64,000 nucleotides of DNA from Coleofasciculus chthonoplastes F2-STO-03 (GTDB taxonomy: Bacteria; Cyanobacteriota; Cyanobacteriia; Cyanobacteriales; Coleofasciculaceae): contig JAVJWO010000153.1 in NCBI GenBank assembly GCA_040222015.1, positions 60,439 through 124,438 of the forward strand, given 5' to 3'. The notes beneath the pieces are model-generated. The model made no database searches and was not told the DNA's origin. It saw only the letters and a program-made list of their open reading frames with translations. Positions 38,960 through 48,855 of this stretch are shown here, piece by piece; position 1 is the first letter of the stretch, and each line of letters starts with the position of its first letter. The translations under genes and the position numbers were made by a program.

Positions 38960-39091
38960 GTAACCTATAGCATCCCCAACATAGTAGTCATTCTAGCAAT
39001 ACTGCCCATCCTAACTGAAAAATAGCTTTGAGTTTTGAGAACAAAATACAAAATACTAGTATAGTATTCCTGCAAGGATACTCGATTCGCC

Positions 39092-40123
39092 ATGGTTCAG
39101 GAACGGACGTTACCTAAGTTTGAAGTTCAAGACGGTCAAATCACCAGAGACGAAGGATTACTGCTTTACGAAGATATGGTTTTAGGGCGCTTGTTTGAGG
39201 ACAAGTGCGCTGAGATGTATTACCGGGGCAAGATGTTTGGCTTTGTCCACCTCTATAACGGCCAAGAAGCTGTTTCAACGGGGGTGATTCGGGCAATGCG
39301 CCGGGATTATGATTATGTATGTAGCACCTATCGCGATCATGTCCATGCTTTGAGTGCAGGTGTTCCCCCACGGGAGGTGATGGCAGAGTTATTTGGCAAA
39401 GCCACCGGATGCTCTAAAGGACGCGGCGGTTCAATGCATATCTTCTCAGAACCCCATCATCTTTTGGGGGGTTTTGCCTTTGTCGCGGAGGGGATTCCCG
39501 TTGCTACAGGAGCGGCATTTACGTCAAAATATCACCGTGACGCCTTGGGTGATCCGAACGCTGATCAGGTGACAGCATGCTTTTTTGGCGATGGTGCCTG
39601 CAATAACGGTCAGTTTTTTGAATGCTTAAACATGGCAGCCTTATGGAAATTGCCGATTATTTATGTTGTGGAGAATAACAAATGGGCAATTGGCATGGCA
39701 CACGAACGAGCAACCTCCCAGCCCGAAATTTACAAAAAAGCCAGTGTTTTTGGTATGCCGGGAATTGAAGTCGATGGGATGGATGTCCTGGCGGTGCACT
39801 CTGTCGCCCAAGAAGCTGTCGCCCGGGCGCGGGCTGGTGAAGGTCCGACCTTGATTGAAGCCCTTACCTACCGCTTCCGAGGTCACTCCCTCGCTGATCC
39901 GGATGAACTTCGCACTTCAGAAGAGAAGGACTTTTGGATGACTCGCGATCCAATAAAAAAGTTAACCGCCTATCTGACTGAGCAAAATCTCGCCGACGCG
40001 GAAGAACTCAAGGCGATCGACCAACGGATTCAAGACGTTCTCAATGACGCGGTACAGTTTGCTCAAACCAGTCCAGAACCTGATTCGAGTGAGTTACATC
40101 GTTACATTTTTGCCGAAGATTGA
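39092..40123 (+). CDS. pdhA: Pyruvate dehydrogenase E1 alpha
   Basis: [36 protein letters not shown]. Confidence 0.97.
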   Translation: MVQERTLPKFEVQDGQITRDEGLLLYEDMVLGRLFEDKCAEMYYRGKMFGFVHLYNGQEAVSTGVIRAMRRDYDYVCSTYRDHVHALSAGVPPREVMAELFGKATGCSKGRGGSMHIFSEPHHLLGGFAFVAEGIPVATGAAFTSKYHRDALGDPNADQVTACFFGDGACNNGQFFECLNMAALWKLPIIYVVENNKWAIGMAHERATSQPEIYKKASVFGMPGIEVDGMDVLAVHSVAQEAVARARAGEGPTLIEALTYRFRGHSLADPDELRTSEEKDFWMTRDPIKKLTAYLTEQNLADAEELKAIDQRIQDVLNDAVQFAQTSPEPDSSELHRYIFAED

Positions 40124-40283
40124 GTGATAATATCACCACTCGGCATCGATAAACGCTCATTCGGTAAACGCTAGAGGCAAGAGGGCATTAAATTCTTTAC
40201 CATCTCATTTAACCCCTCGCCTCGCGTTACCTGGAATATTCCCTTAATACAAGGAAACGGTGATGTTCCAAACACTCTGACTT

Positions 40284-40667
40284 TTAACCAATCACTTCAA
40301 TCGATTTGCGCTCAGAGTTAATTGGCGATCGCGCTGAAGTATAACGAACCTCAGCAGACGGTTGAATTTGGTATTTGACCAGATCTGCTAAGTCCTGAAG
40401 TTGGCTAATCGCTTCCGCCCCTTCTAGCTTCATCAGTTCGCGATCGTCGCGCATTTCCGTCCAAGTGATCCCGTAATCGGAGACCAAAAAGCGAATCAGG
40501 TGACTATCGCCCAGACTAACCATGAATGAGGCACTATTCATTTGATTGCCGCAGGTATAGCATGATGCCAAATAGCCTCGGTTTTCTAGCACGATCGCCA
40601 AAGCCTGAAGATTCATGACTAAATCTCGTACAAATTGACGATGTTGCTCTGCAAGTCTTATGAACAC
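40284..40667 (-). CDS. DUF1815 family protein
   Basis: MFIRLAEQHRQFVRDLVMNLQALA...GYLASCYTCG. Confidence 0.85.
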   Translation of the reverse strand: MFIRLAEQHRQFVRDLVMNLQALAIVLENRGYLASCYTCGNQMNSASFMVSLGDSHLIRFLVSDYGITWTEMRDDRELMKLEGAEAISQLQDLADLVKYQIQPSAEVRYTSARSPINSERKSIEVIG

Positions 40668-41004
40668 GTTAATCCTCCAAACACCTTTCCTACGAATATT
40701 AGATTTTATACTTCCTTAAGGATTTAAGACTCTATTTTGGGAGGGGTCAGTGCAAAATATGAGCAAGCCTTGTCTTCGGCTGATTCCTCAAATTGACTAA
40801 CAGAGTTAGGGATTTGAGCAATTCTAGCTTGATGATCTGGCTCCACGCTTCTAGCCCACTTCAGACGAGTTGCTGACTAAAAATCAAGTCATTGGGGGCA
40901 ATCCTCAAGTTATCTGATACAAATTCCTAATGAGTTGTATCAGCCGTCACAATGGCGATACTCAATCGGATACCATTGCCGCCTAGTCCATCGGTGGGAA
41001 TTGG

Positions 41005-41217
41005 CTAATTGATTTGCCACCAACCGAATGTTGGTCCAACAAAGCGCACGGTTAGCCACCAGGCTACGAGTAAACCGATGCCAATCCAAGCGCCCTTAGT
41101 CGTCAGTTTGACGAACTGCTCACCCTGACTTTTAGTAATTGGGAGCCAGGGGAATAGTCTCGCCTCTTGACCGTACTTGTCTCCAAGTGCAGTTTTACGA
41201 CGTTTTGCTTCACCCAT
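41005..41217 (-). CDS. DUF2839 family protein
   Basis: MGEAKRRK...GAWIGIG..WLTVRFVGP.FGWW. Confidence 0.88.
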   Translation of the reverse strand: MGEAKRRKTALGDKYGQEARLFPWLPITKSQGEQFVKLTTKGAWIGIGLLVAWWLTVRFVGPTFGWWQIN

Positions 41218-41828
41218 TCCTTGCTATTCCTCAACTAAATGAATTCGATCTTAGCGTTATTCCTGAGATTTGGTTGGCATAAGTTTACGAAATGACAAGT
41301 AATTCTGACAATTTTCCGGGGATCGGGGATCGTTAGATTAGAAATCCTGAGCCAATCGGCAACTCAACCCTACTTAAGTTAATAATTATTTTTCATCGAT
41401 AGTCTATCGGGAAACCGCCGAGAAACCCCGTAATTCAAGGCGGGAAGGGACAGGAGTGTCAGTCGAGGGCTCTTGGGTTGGCTTCTTTCGGGTTAAAAAG
41501 GGACACGACATGTCTTACCCTTACAGATAGTCCGGCTCCTCTAGAAAGACTCTCGCCAGTCAAGTTATCGGACATCGACCGAACGCGATCGGTAAAACCC
41601 GCTCTTAATTACCTGAACATAAATTTTGTTAGCTAGGTTAAGAATTGTCAAAGTCCTCAATTCCTTGTTTCTGTTTCCTGTTCCCCGTTTCCTGTTCCCC
41701 GTAACCTTTTCTCTTTCTTCAAAAGGAAACTTAGCTTTGATTAAGGAAAAAAGAGCTAATTGACAGTTGTCTCTTATTTGTGGCTAGAATCGAGGGCGAG
41801 TGTGGTTTTTTTGAGGAGTTATAAAACC

Positions 41829-43790
41829 ATGACGACTTATGGACGTTTGGGAAAAACAGCGTCTTCAGCCTTGATATTTGCTACCTTAGGTTGCTGGGTG
41901 ACCAGCTTCTCTGCCGCGCAAGCAACGCCTGTTGAATCTTCAGAGCAACAGCCGACAGATTTGGCTCGGCTGACTGAAACGTCAGGAGTAGACCCAGGAC
42001 TGTTTCTGTCAACTGAAACGGGACTGGTGAATTCTCCGGTTAAGATAGCTACCCCAATAACTGAAGCAGAGATGACCACTGAACTAGCGGTATCTGCCAC
42101 CAGTGAAGTTGGAATGATCACGTCAATGGATTCCCTAATCGAGTCCGAAGACGCCTTTGTGGAAACCCAAGTTCAAGACTTAGCCCAAGCCTTACCAGAA
42201 GTAGAAGAGAGCAGTGATCCCCCTGTACCTGATCCGCTGTTCGTTGATCCCCTAGAAGCGGTAGAGGAATCTGACCCGATGGGTCAAGTGACCAGTGTGT
42301 CTCAATTAAGAGATGTTTCTCCCGGAGACTGGGCGTATGAAGCACTACGGAGTCTGGTGGAACGGTATGGTTGTATTGCCGGATATCCGGATGGCACATT
42401 TCGGGGGAATCGGGCGATGACTCGGTATGAATTTGCTGCTGGGTTGAATGCTTGTATGCAGCAAATTGAGCGATTAATTGCAGGGCGTTCCGAGTTTCCC
42501 ACTGGGGATTTAGAGACTCTGCAGCGGTTAGTGCTGGAGTTTGAGGCAGAAATCGCGACCCTAGGGGCACGGGTGGATAACCTAGAAGGTCGAACCGCCC
42601 TTTTGGAGGATAATCAGTTTTCGACAACGACTAAAATCTTTGGGCAGGCGATTTTTGGGGTTCAGGGGCGTAGCGAGGATAACGACTTTGAATTAGCCAC
42701 TAGCCAATTAACGGATCAAGACACCAATGTCACGTTAATTAACAATGTGCAGTTGAGCTTGTTTACCCAATTGAGTCCTCGCAGTCTATTGTTAACCAGT
42801 TTCCAAGCAGGGAATGGTAATACTAGTCCTTCCTTTAGCAATACGTTAGGGAACTTTGTACGCTTGGGGTATGAAGGGGACAATGATAATGACTTAGAGA
42901 TTACTGACCTCAACTATCGTCAGCTAATCGGCAGGAATGTTGCTGTGATTGTTGGACCTGAAGGGGTCAACCCAGTTAACGTTTTCCGAGGAGTCAACCG
43001 GATTGAAAGTGCAGGTTCTGGACCTTTATCTAGCTTTGCCCAACGTAACCCAGTTATTAATGTAGGCAATGGCAGTGGTGGTATTGGTTTTGACTGGCAA
43101 ATTGCGACTCGCCTGAGTTTGCAGGGCGTCTATTCAGCAAGTACGCCAGCAGATGTGGATAACGGCATTTTTGGCGGAGACAATGGGGAAACCTCAGCAG
43201 GCGCACAGTTAGTTGTCTCTCCCATCGATACCCTAGACTTGTCGCTTCAATACATTAATGCCTATTCCCCCCGGGGTCGATTAGGAACTGGTGTTGGGGA
43301 CGACTTATTAGCGCTACCATCTAATACCTCAAACCGGGCACCAATCAACACCGATGCTTTTGGTGCGGGTTTGGAATGGCGAGTCACACCCCGCATAACC
43401 TTTGGCGGTTGGGCAGGTTACACCATTTCTGAATTGACCGGTGGGGGTTCCGGAGATGTTGAGACGTTTAACTGGATGGCATTCCTCAATTTCCCTGACC
43501 TATTTGGCGAAGGGAATATGGGCGGACTTTATGTTGGTCAACCTCCCCGGATTATTGAAAGTGATTTACCAGATGGCAGAAACGTTCCTAGCTTTTTGAC
43601 TGAAGGTAACTTTGCGGCTGAACCTGGTGATCAACCAAACACGACCACCCATGTCGAAGCGTTCTATCGTTGGCAAGTAGCAGATAATATAAGTATCACA
43701 CCGGGAGTGATTGTGATTTTTAATCCCTTGCATAACGACGACAACGACACAATCACGATTGGTGCAATTCGCACAACGTTTACCTTCTAG
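41829..43790 (+). CDS. SLH-domain outer membrane porin with long N-terminal extension
   Basis: SLH motif, QFSTTTKIFG, C-terminal RTTFTF; probable start MTTYGRLG after GAGGAG. Confidence 0.9.
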   Translation: MTTYGRLGKTASSALIFATLGCWVTSFSAAQATPVESSEQQPTDLARLTETSGVDPGLFLSTETGLVNSPVKIATPITEAEMTTELAVSATSEVGMITSMDSLIESEDAFVETQVQDLAQALPEVEESSDPPVPDPLFVDPLEAVEESDPMGQVTSVSQLRDVSPGDWAYEALRSLVERYGCIAGYPDGTFRGNRAMTRYEFAAGLNACMQQIERLIAGRSEFPTGDLETLQRLVLEFEAEIATLGARVDNLEGRTALLEDNQFSTTTKIFGQAIFGVQGRSEDNDFELATSQLTDQDTNVTLINNVQLSLFTQLSPRSLLLTSFQAGNGNTSPSFSNTLGNFVRLGYEGDNDNDLEITDLNYRQLIGRNVAVIVGPEGVNPVNVFRGVNRIESAGSGPLSSFAQRNPVINVGNGSGGIGFDWQIATRLSLQGVYSASTPADVDNGIFGGDNGETSAGAQLVVSPIDTLDLSLQYINAYSPRGRLGTGVGDDLLALPSNTSNRAPINTDAFGAGLEWRVTPRITFGGWAGYTISELTGGGSGDVETFNWMAFLNFPDLFGEGNMGGLYVGQPPRIIESDLPDGRNVPSFLTEGNFAAEPGDQPNTTTHVEAFYRWQVADNISITPGVIVIFNPLHNDDNDTITIGAIRTTFTF

Positions 43791-44368
43791 GTAGGAAAGG
43801 ACATTCGGGTCAAGAGTTAGGAGTCAGTGATTTAGGACAGTGGGATTTCAAGTTTGATACGTCTCGCTGGAAAAGACTGACTCCTGGTTCCACAACTGAT
43901 TACAGAAAACTCGGATAGTTGATGCTAAACGGTAGAGAGCATGGAGCGTGAAAGCCCACACTATCAAAGCTAACCCGATCAGTTGGGTTACTCTCCGAGA
44001 AGGCTTCGCCTACGTTCCTCAACCCAACCTACCAAGTTGACATGCATCTAAAGGGTATGCCAAGTCTGGATTCTAGGTTGTGTATAAAGCTTCTGTAAAG
44101 ATGCGCCTGTGGGGGAACTGCACTAATTTGGAGGCGTCTTGAGAAGGAAAGGCTGAAAAAATAACCAGTAACCTGCATTGTGTAATCGACAGATACACTG
44201 ACCTGGCAAAGCAGTCTTGGGGTACTTTTTCCCATCTTCTAACCTCTACTACTTCGTGAACTGACTCTGGTCAGGATTAAATCAAGACAAGCCTAATAGT
44301 GGAGGTTGAATATCAAAGCCAGGAAAATACCTCAGTTCATTTAGTTCATTCACGGATGGAGTCTTAAA

Positions 44369-46408
44369 ATGATTGTTAAATCACTTCGCTACATTGTTGG
44401 TTTAGGTCTAGTTGGTGGCTTGGCTGTTTTACTGTCCCCGGCAGCTGAAGCGCAAATTGAAGTCACCGGGGGTAATGTAAAAGGTGAAGCGGCATTTTTT
44501 GTGCCAACTACAGATGCCAACGGGAATGTTACCTTGTTTGACGCGACTGTTCAGCAACTCCGCATCGAAAGTCCCAATGGTGTCACTACGAATTCTCAAT
44601 TTGTACCCAATGCTGCCAGTTTCACAGATAACGGCGATGGTATGCCGAATGCAGGTGACACAGGTGTGCTTCAAGGTAGACTCTCAGGTATTGCCTTTAC
44701 CCAAAATGGTGGTTTGGTGACCTTTTCAGGACGGGATACGCTGTTAAACTTTACCCTCGATTCGTTTACTGAAAGCTTGAACGTGACGGGTTCGCTGATT
44801 TCACCTGAGATGGTTGGTGATGCACCACCAGTGTTTTTGCCCGGTCTTGAAGATGTTACCGTTTCTACAAGTGGTTTTGCGGCTGCTGATGGAGAATTGC
44901 AAGTTGGTGACTTTGAAGCAGGTCTAGACAGTGGTCTGATTGACCTGCCACCAACTTTAGAGTTCCGGGGAGGTGGCAGTAGCATGCCCCCAGATTCTGA
45001 TCAAAGTACTCTGGTTCGGCGGATTAAGTTTAAGTTTGAAGGGCAGGATTTAGAGGCGGGTAACTACGTATTTGATAGCACTACTGACGAAATTAGCTTT
45101 GTTGGTAACGCGAACCAGAAATTTGAGATTCAGACGGTTGGCTCTTCCGGCACAACTCAAGAGTTCAAATTTAAGATTAAAGGTGAAGGCGGTATTGTCG
45201 ATGCAACTCTCTCAGATTTTGATGAGATCAAGATTGAAGGGTCAGGTATAGATGCTGACGCTGATTTAGACCGCTTCGAGATAAAAGGGAAAGACGAGGG
45301 AGAAATCTCTGGTTTTGCTTCAGTATTTAGTGCCAATGGACTCGCCTTCACTAGCACTGGCGATAGTGACAAAACCAAGTTCAAGTTCGAGCAAGAAGGC
45401 GCTAAAGTCGAAGGTGAAGCTAGGAGCGTAAGTTTTCGTGCTTTTGCTGGGGTCAGCGATATCAATGAAGTCGATACAGATTTCGACGGAGATGTTGATG
45501 ATGACGACGGTATGGAGGGTGAAGGCGGCTTTGTATATGATGATTTTAGTGATGAAAGTGACCTCGATTTGGTGTGTGTGATTTGTGACAGTGCCACACT
45601 GAATGTTAGTAACATCACATTCGGCGGCAGCACCATTTCGATTGAGAATAACAACGAAATTAATTTCCGCAGTGGTGACACCCTCATCGTTTTCACCGGA
45701 GATGGTTCGGGACAATCCCAAGTTTCATCGACTGCTTCAGCTTCAGCTACCGCCTCTGCTACAGCATCAGCAAGTACTACAGTCGCAGCAGGTGCTAGCT
45801 CGGCGAATACTAACCTGATTGCTTTCTCTAATACTTCCAGCACGGCGGAAAGTCAGTACGAAATCTCCAACTCTATCCGTTTCACCAGCACCAGTGCTGC
45901 TCAAGGGCGAGTAAGAGTGAACTATACAGAGCGTGGCGGTAATCGTTATCTTGTCGCCACTCGCCGCAGTCGCGGTGTAGCTTTAGGTCGCCAAGGCTAC
46001 AAGATGGTTGGTCCGAGCAGTCGTTGCTTCCCAGGGTTGGTTGGTTTGCGCCAGATTTCCGATGAGGAACTCGACACCGTTGTTGATGACGATGATACCG
46101 CGATGGATATGGATGATCAGGATACTAGTGTCGATGAGGATACCGACGATGACATGAATCTAGACATGGACGATCAGAGTGAAGGAGATGATGACGATGA
46201 CGATGATGATGACGATGATGACGACGATGACGATGATGACGATGATGACGACGATGACGACGATGACCAAGCGCAGGGTAATATGAATCGCAACTTCAAC
46301 CAAGGGATTGGCAATGGTGCAGAAGGTGGTGACCCAGGTAACTCCGCACCCCGTGGTGGTAGCAACGATGAAACCGGACGGCAACCTGGAGAGCGAGTCA
46401 ATCCGTAA
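44369..46408 (+). CDS. Secreted highly acidic protein with a 27-Asp tract
   Basis: Signal peptide (AAEA-Q), KFKFE/KFEI beta-repeats, Ser/Ala linker, poly-Asp at 46187-46267, NQGIGNG..DPGNS tail. Confidence 0.8.
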   Translation: MIVKSLRYIVGLGLVGGLAVLLSPAAEAQIEVTGGNVKGEAAFFVPTTDANGNVTLFDATVQQLRIESPNGVTTNSQFVPNAASFTDNGDGMPNAGDTGVLQGRLSGIAFTQNGGLVTFSGRDTLLNFTLDSFTESLNVTGSLISPEMVGDAPPVFLPGLEDVTVSTSGFAAADGELQVGDFEAGLDSGLIDLPPTLEFRGGGSSMPPDSDQSTLVRRIKFKFEGQDLEAGNYVFDSTTDEISFVGNANQKFEIQTVGSSGTTQEFKFKIKGEGGIVDATLSDFDEIKIEGSGIDADADLDRFEIKGKDEGEISGFASVFSANGLAFTSTGDSDKTKFKFEQEGAKVEGEARSVSFRAFAGVSDINEVDTDFDGDVDDDDGMEGEGGFVYDDFSDESDLDLVCVICDSATLNVSNITFGGSTISIENNNEINFRSGDTLIVFTGDGSGQSQVSSTASASATASATASASTTVAAGASSANTNLIAFSNTSSTAESQYEISNSIRFTSTSAAQGRVRVNYTERGGNRYLVATRRSRGVALGRQGYKMVGPSSRCFPGLVGLRQISDEELDTVVDDDDTAMDMDDQDTSVDEDTDDDMNLDMDDQSEGDDDDDDDDDDDDDDDDDDDDDDDDDDDQAQGNMNRNFNQGIGNGAEGGDPGNSAPRGGSNDETGRQPGERVNP

Positions 46409-46654
46409 GGGCGGCTAAAGAATAAGTGTCTTCTGAGATGAGTGTAGGGGTAGTGATACCCCTACCTATCTCGTTCAAATTTATTGCAAAGTCAATCTTG
46501 TGCAGCAAGCCCTAATTATATTGAGGGAAGGGAGTAGTCCATTAAAATGGACTTAAGCTATTAGCCCGGAGTTTGAACTCCGGGCTCCGGGCGGCTGTCG
46601 GGGCTGACTAAAAATGGTGCAAGCTGTCAGTTTTAACCGACGCGGATCATATCT

Positions 46655-48070
46655 CTATGACTGCGCCCATTCGGTATGGAAAACCCCTTCCTTGTCGGTT
46701 CGCTGATATGTGTGAGCGCCAAAGTAGTCGCGCTGTGCCTGGGTCAAGTTTTGCGGTAAGCGATCGCGCCGATAGCTGTCGAAGTAATCCAATGATGCAC
46801 TAAAGGCTGGAACCGGGATTCCCAACTGATTAGAAGCCACCAGCACATCCCGCCATGCATCCTGGCGATCCAGAATCGTTTGCTTAAATTCCGGCGCTAA
46901 TAATAAATTCGGCAATTTTGGATTCTCATTGAAGGCATTTTTAATCTTATCCAGGAATCCCGCCCGAATAATACAACCCCCTTTCCAAATCCGAGCCGTT
47001 TCTGCCAAATTCAGGTTGTAATTAAACTCCTCCGAAGCCTTACCCAACAATGCCATGCCTTGAGCATAAGAACACATTTTTGAGCAATAAAGCGCATCAC
47101 GGACTTTATTGATAAACGCTTGGCTATCTCCATCATATTTGCCCGTCGTCCCGATCAGCTCCTTCGCTGCTGTCACCCGTTCCTGTTTATAGGACGAAAT
47201 CACCCGTGCATTCACCGCTGCGTACATGGTGGGAATCGGTACACCTAATTCGAGAGAACTAACCACCGTCCAGCGTCCAGTTCCTTTTTGTCCGGCAGAA
47301 TCCAGAATCAAATCAACCAGAGGCTGATTCGTATCCGGGTCAATGTACTTGAAGATATCCGCCGTAATTTCAATTAAAAAGGAATTTAGCTCATCAGTCG
47401 TATTCCATTCGGAAAACACCTGATGAAGCTGTTTGTGATCCAATCCTAAGCCATGTTTGAGCAAATCATAGGCTTCGGCAATGAGCTGCATATCGCCATA
47501 CTCAATCCCGTTATGCACCATCTTCACATAATGACCTGCACCCCCAGGACCAATATAGGTGACACAGGGACCATCATCCACCTGAGCGGCAATTTTGGTC
47601 AAAATCGGTTCTAACTCTTGATACGCCGTATCCGTGCCTCCTGGCATCAAGCTAGGACCATGGAGCGCTCCTTCTTCGCCACCACTGACCCCCATCCCGA
47701 CAAAGCCGAGTCCGGTGGCTTCTAAGTCTTTGGTGCGGCGTTCGGTGTCTTGGTAGAGGGAGTTCCCGCCATCGATAATCATATCGCCCGGTTCAAGCAG
47801 GGGTTTAAGTTGATCGATAACAATATCAACTGGTTTGCCAGCTTTAACCATAACTAAGATTTTGCGGGGACGTGCCAAAGTTTTGACAAACTCTTCCAGG
47901 GAATAAGCGGCGGTGACATTTTTATCCGAGGCACGCTTTGCCATAAAGTCTTCCGTTTTTGAGCTAGTCCGGTTATACACCGCCACCGGAAACCCGCGAC
48001 TTTCCACATTGAGTGCCAGGTTTTCCCCCATCACAGCTAAACCGATGACTCCGAAGCTTGGTTGTGTCAT
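46655..48070 (-). CDS. gnd: 6-phosphogluconate dehydrogenase, decarboxylating
   Basis: GLAVMGENLALN, KMVHNGIEYGDMQ, QAQRDYFGAHTY. Confidence 0.98.
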   Translation of the reverse strand: MTQPSFGVIGLAVMGENLALNVESRGFPVAVYNRTSSKTEDFMAKRASDKNVTAAYSLEEFVKTLARPRKILVMVKAGKPVDIVIDQLKPLLEPGDMIIDGGNSLYQDTERRTKDLEATGLGFVGMGVSGGEEGALHGPSLMPGGTDTAYQELEPILTKIAAQVDDGPCVTYIGPGGAGHYVKMVHNGIEYGDMQLIAEAYDLLKHGLGLDHKQLHQVFSEWNTTDELNSFLIEITADIFKYIDPDTNQPLVDLILDSAGQKGTGRWTVVSSLELGVPIPTMYAAVNARVISSYKQERVTAAKELIGTTGKYDGDSQAFINKVRDALYCSKMCSYAQGMALLGKASEEFNYNLNLAETARIWKGGCIIRAGFLDKIKNAFNENPKLPNLLLAPEFKQTILDRQDAWRDVLVASNQLGIPVPAFSASLDYFDSYRRDRLPQNLTQAQRDYFGAHTYQRTDKEGVFHTEWAQS

Positions 48071-48539
48071 ATATCTCTCGTCAGAATGTAATTGAACGTG
48101 TAATCGTGTTTATTTCCCCTACAGGGTAGCCTGCCCTTTGGTGAAATCTTGTAAGATTTGCATTATGAGTATGCCCCAACTAGGATACATAAAACCTCAA
48201 ACCGGATAATCTCGCTAAAGGTGGAAACAAGCCAGAAGGCAGGATTTTTGTAGCGGCTGGCGCATTCTTGCCAAAAATTAAGTAAGAAGCCCAGAGCTTT
48301 ATCATAAGAATGCTTCGCCCAGCGCTCAGCACCAAAGCGAAAAAATCGGTTAATTCGAGGTGAAGTTTGAGGAGTCGCAGACGGTTCAACCGCTACTCAC
48401 CCCAGGCGGGGATACGGTAGGTGAGGGTTCGGTGACAGGTGATGGTTCCACGGGAGATGGTGCAATCGCGGGAGATTCGTCGATTACAGGTACAGGTTGA
48501 ACCACAGGAGATGACTTGGCTGGGGGAGGAGGTTCAGTC

Positions 48540-48717
48540 CTAACTTTTCACGGGAAATCACGAAACCTGCGTAGAGACGCGCCATGGCGCGTCTGGGCGG
48601 GTTTAGTCACATCTTGGTGAAACCGAAAAGATAGTAGTAAAACCCGCCCCTACACAATTTCCCAATCTCTCACTCAAAACTTACCTCCCTTCGTTGCGTC
48701 ACATACCGTAAAAACTA
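48540..48717. mobile_element. 178-bp MITE with imperfect TIRs and 10-bp target-site duplication
   Basis: AGGTTCAGTC at 48530-48539 and 48718-48727; body is homologous to 3577-3690. Confidence 0.8.
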
Positions 48718-48855
48718 AGGTTCAGTCGGAGGAATTTCTTTTTGGGGAACTTCTTGTTTGTGAACCGCTCGTTTGACACAATCACCAAACTCAACGGCTG
48801 TATCTTTTAAGCGAGTGGCGTCTTTGGCGTTAAATTGAAATGCTGTACCTTTAGC

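Noticed and set aside
41410..41465. IS200/IS605 end-like hairpins (also ~43935-44015)
   Set aside because: Short remnants with no coding sequence; too weak to call as elements
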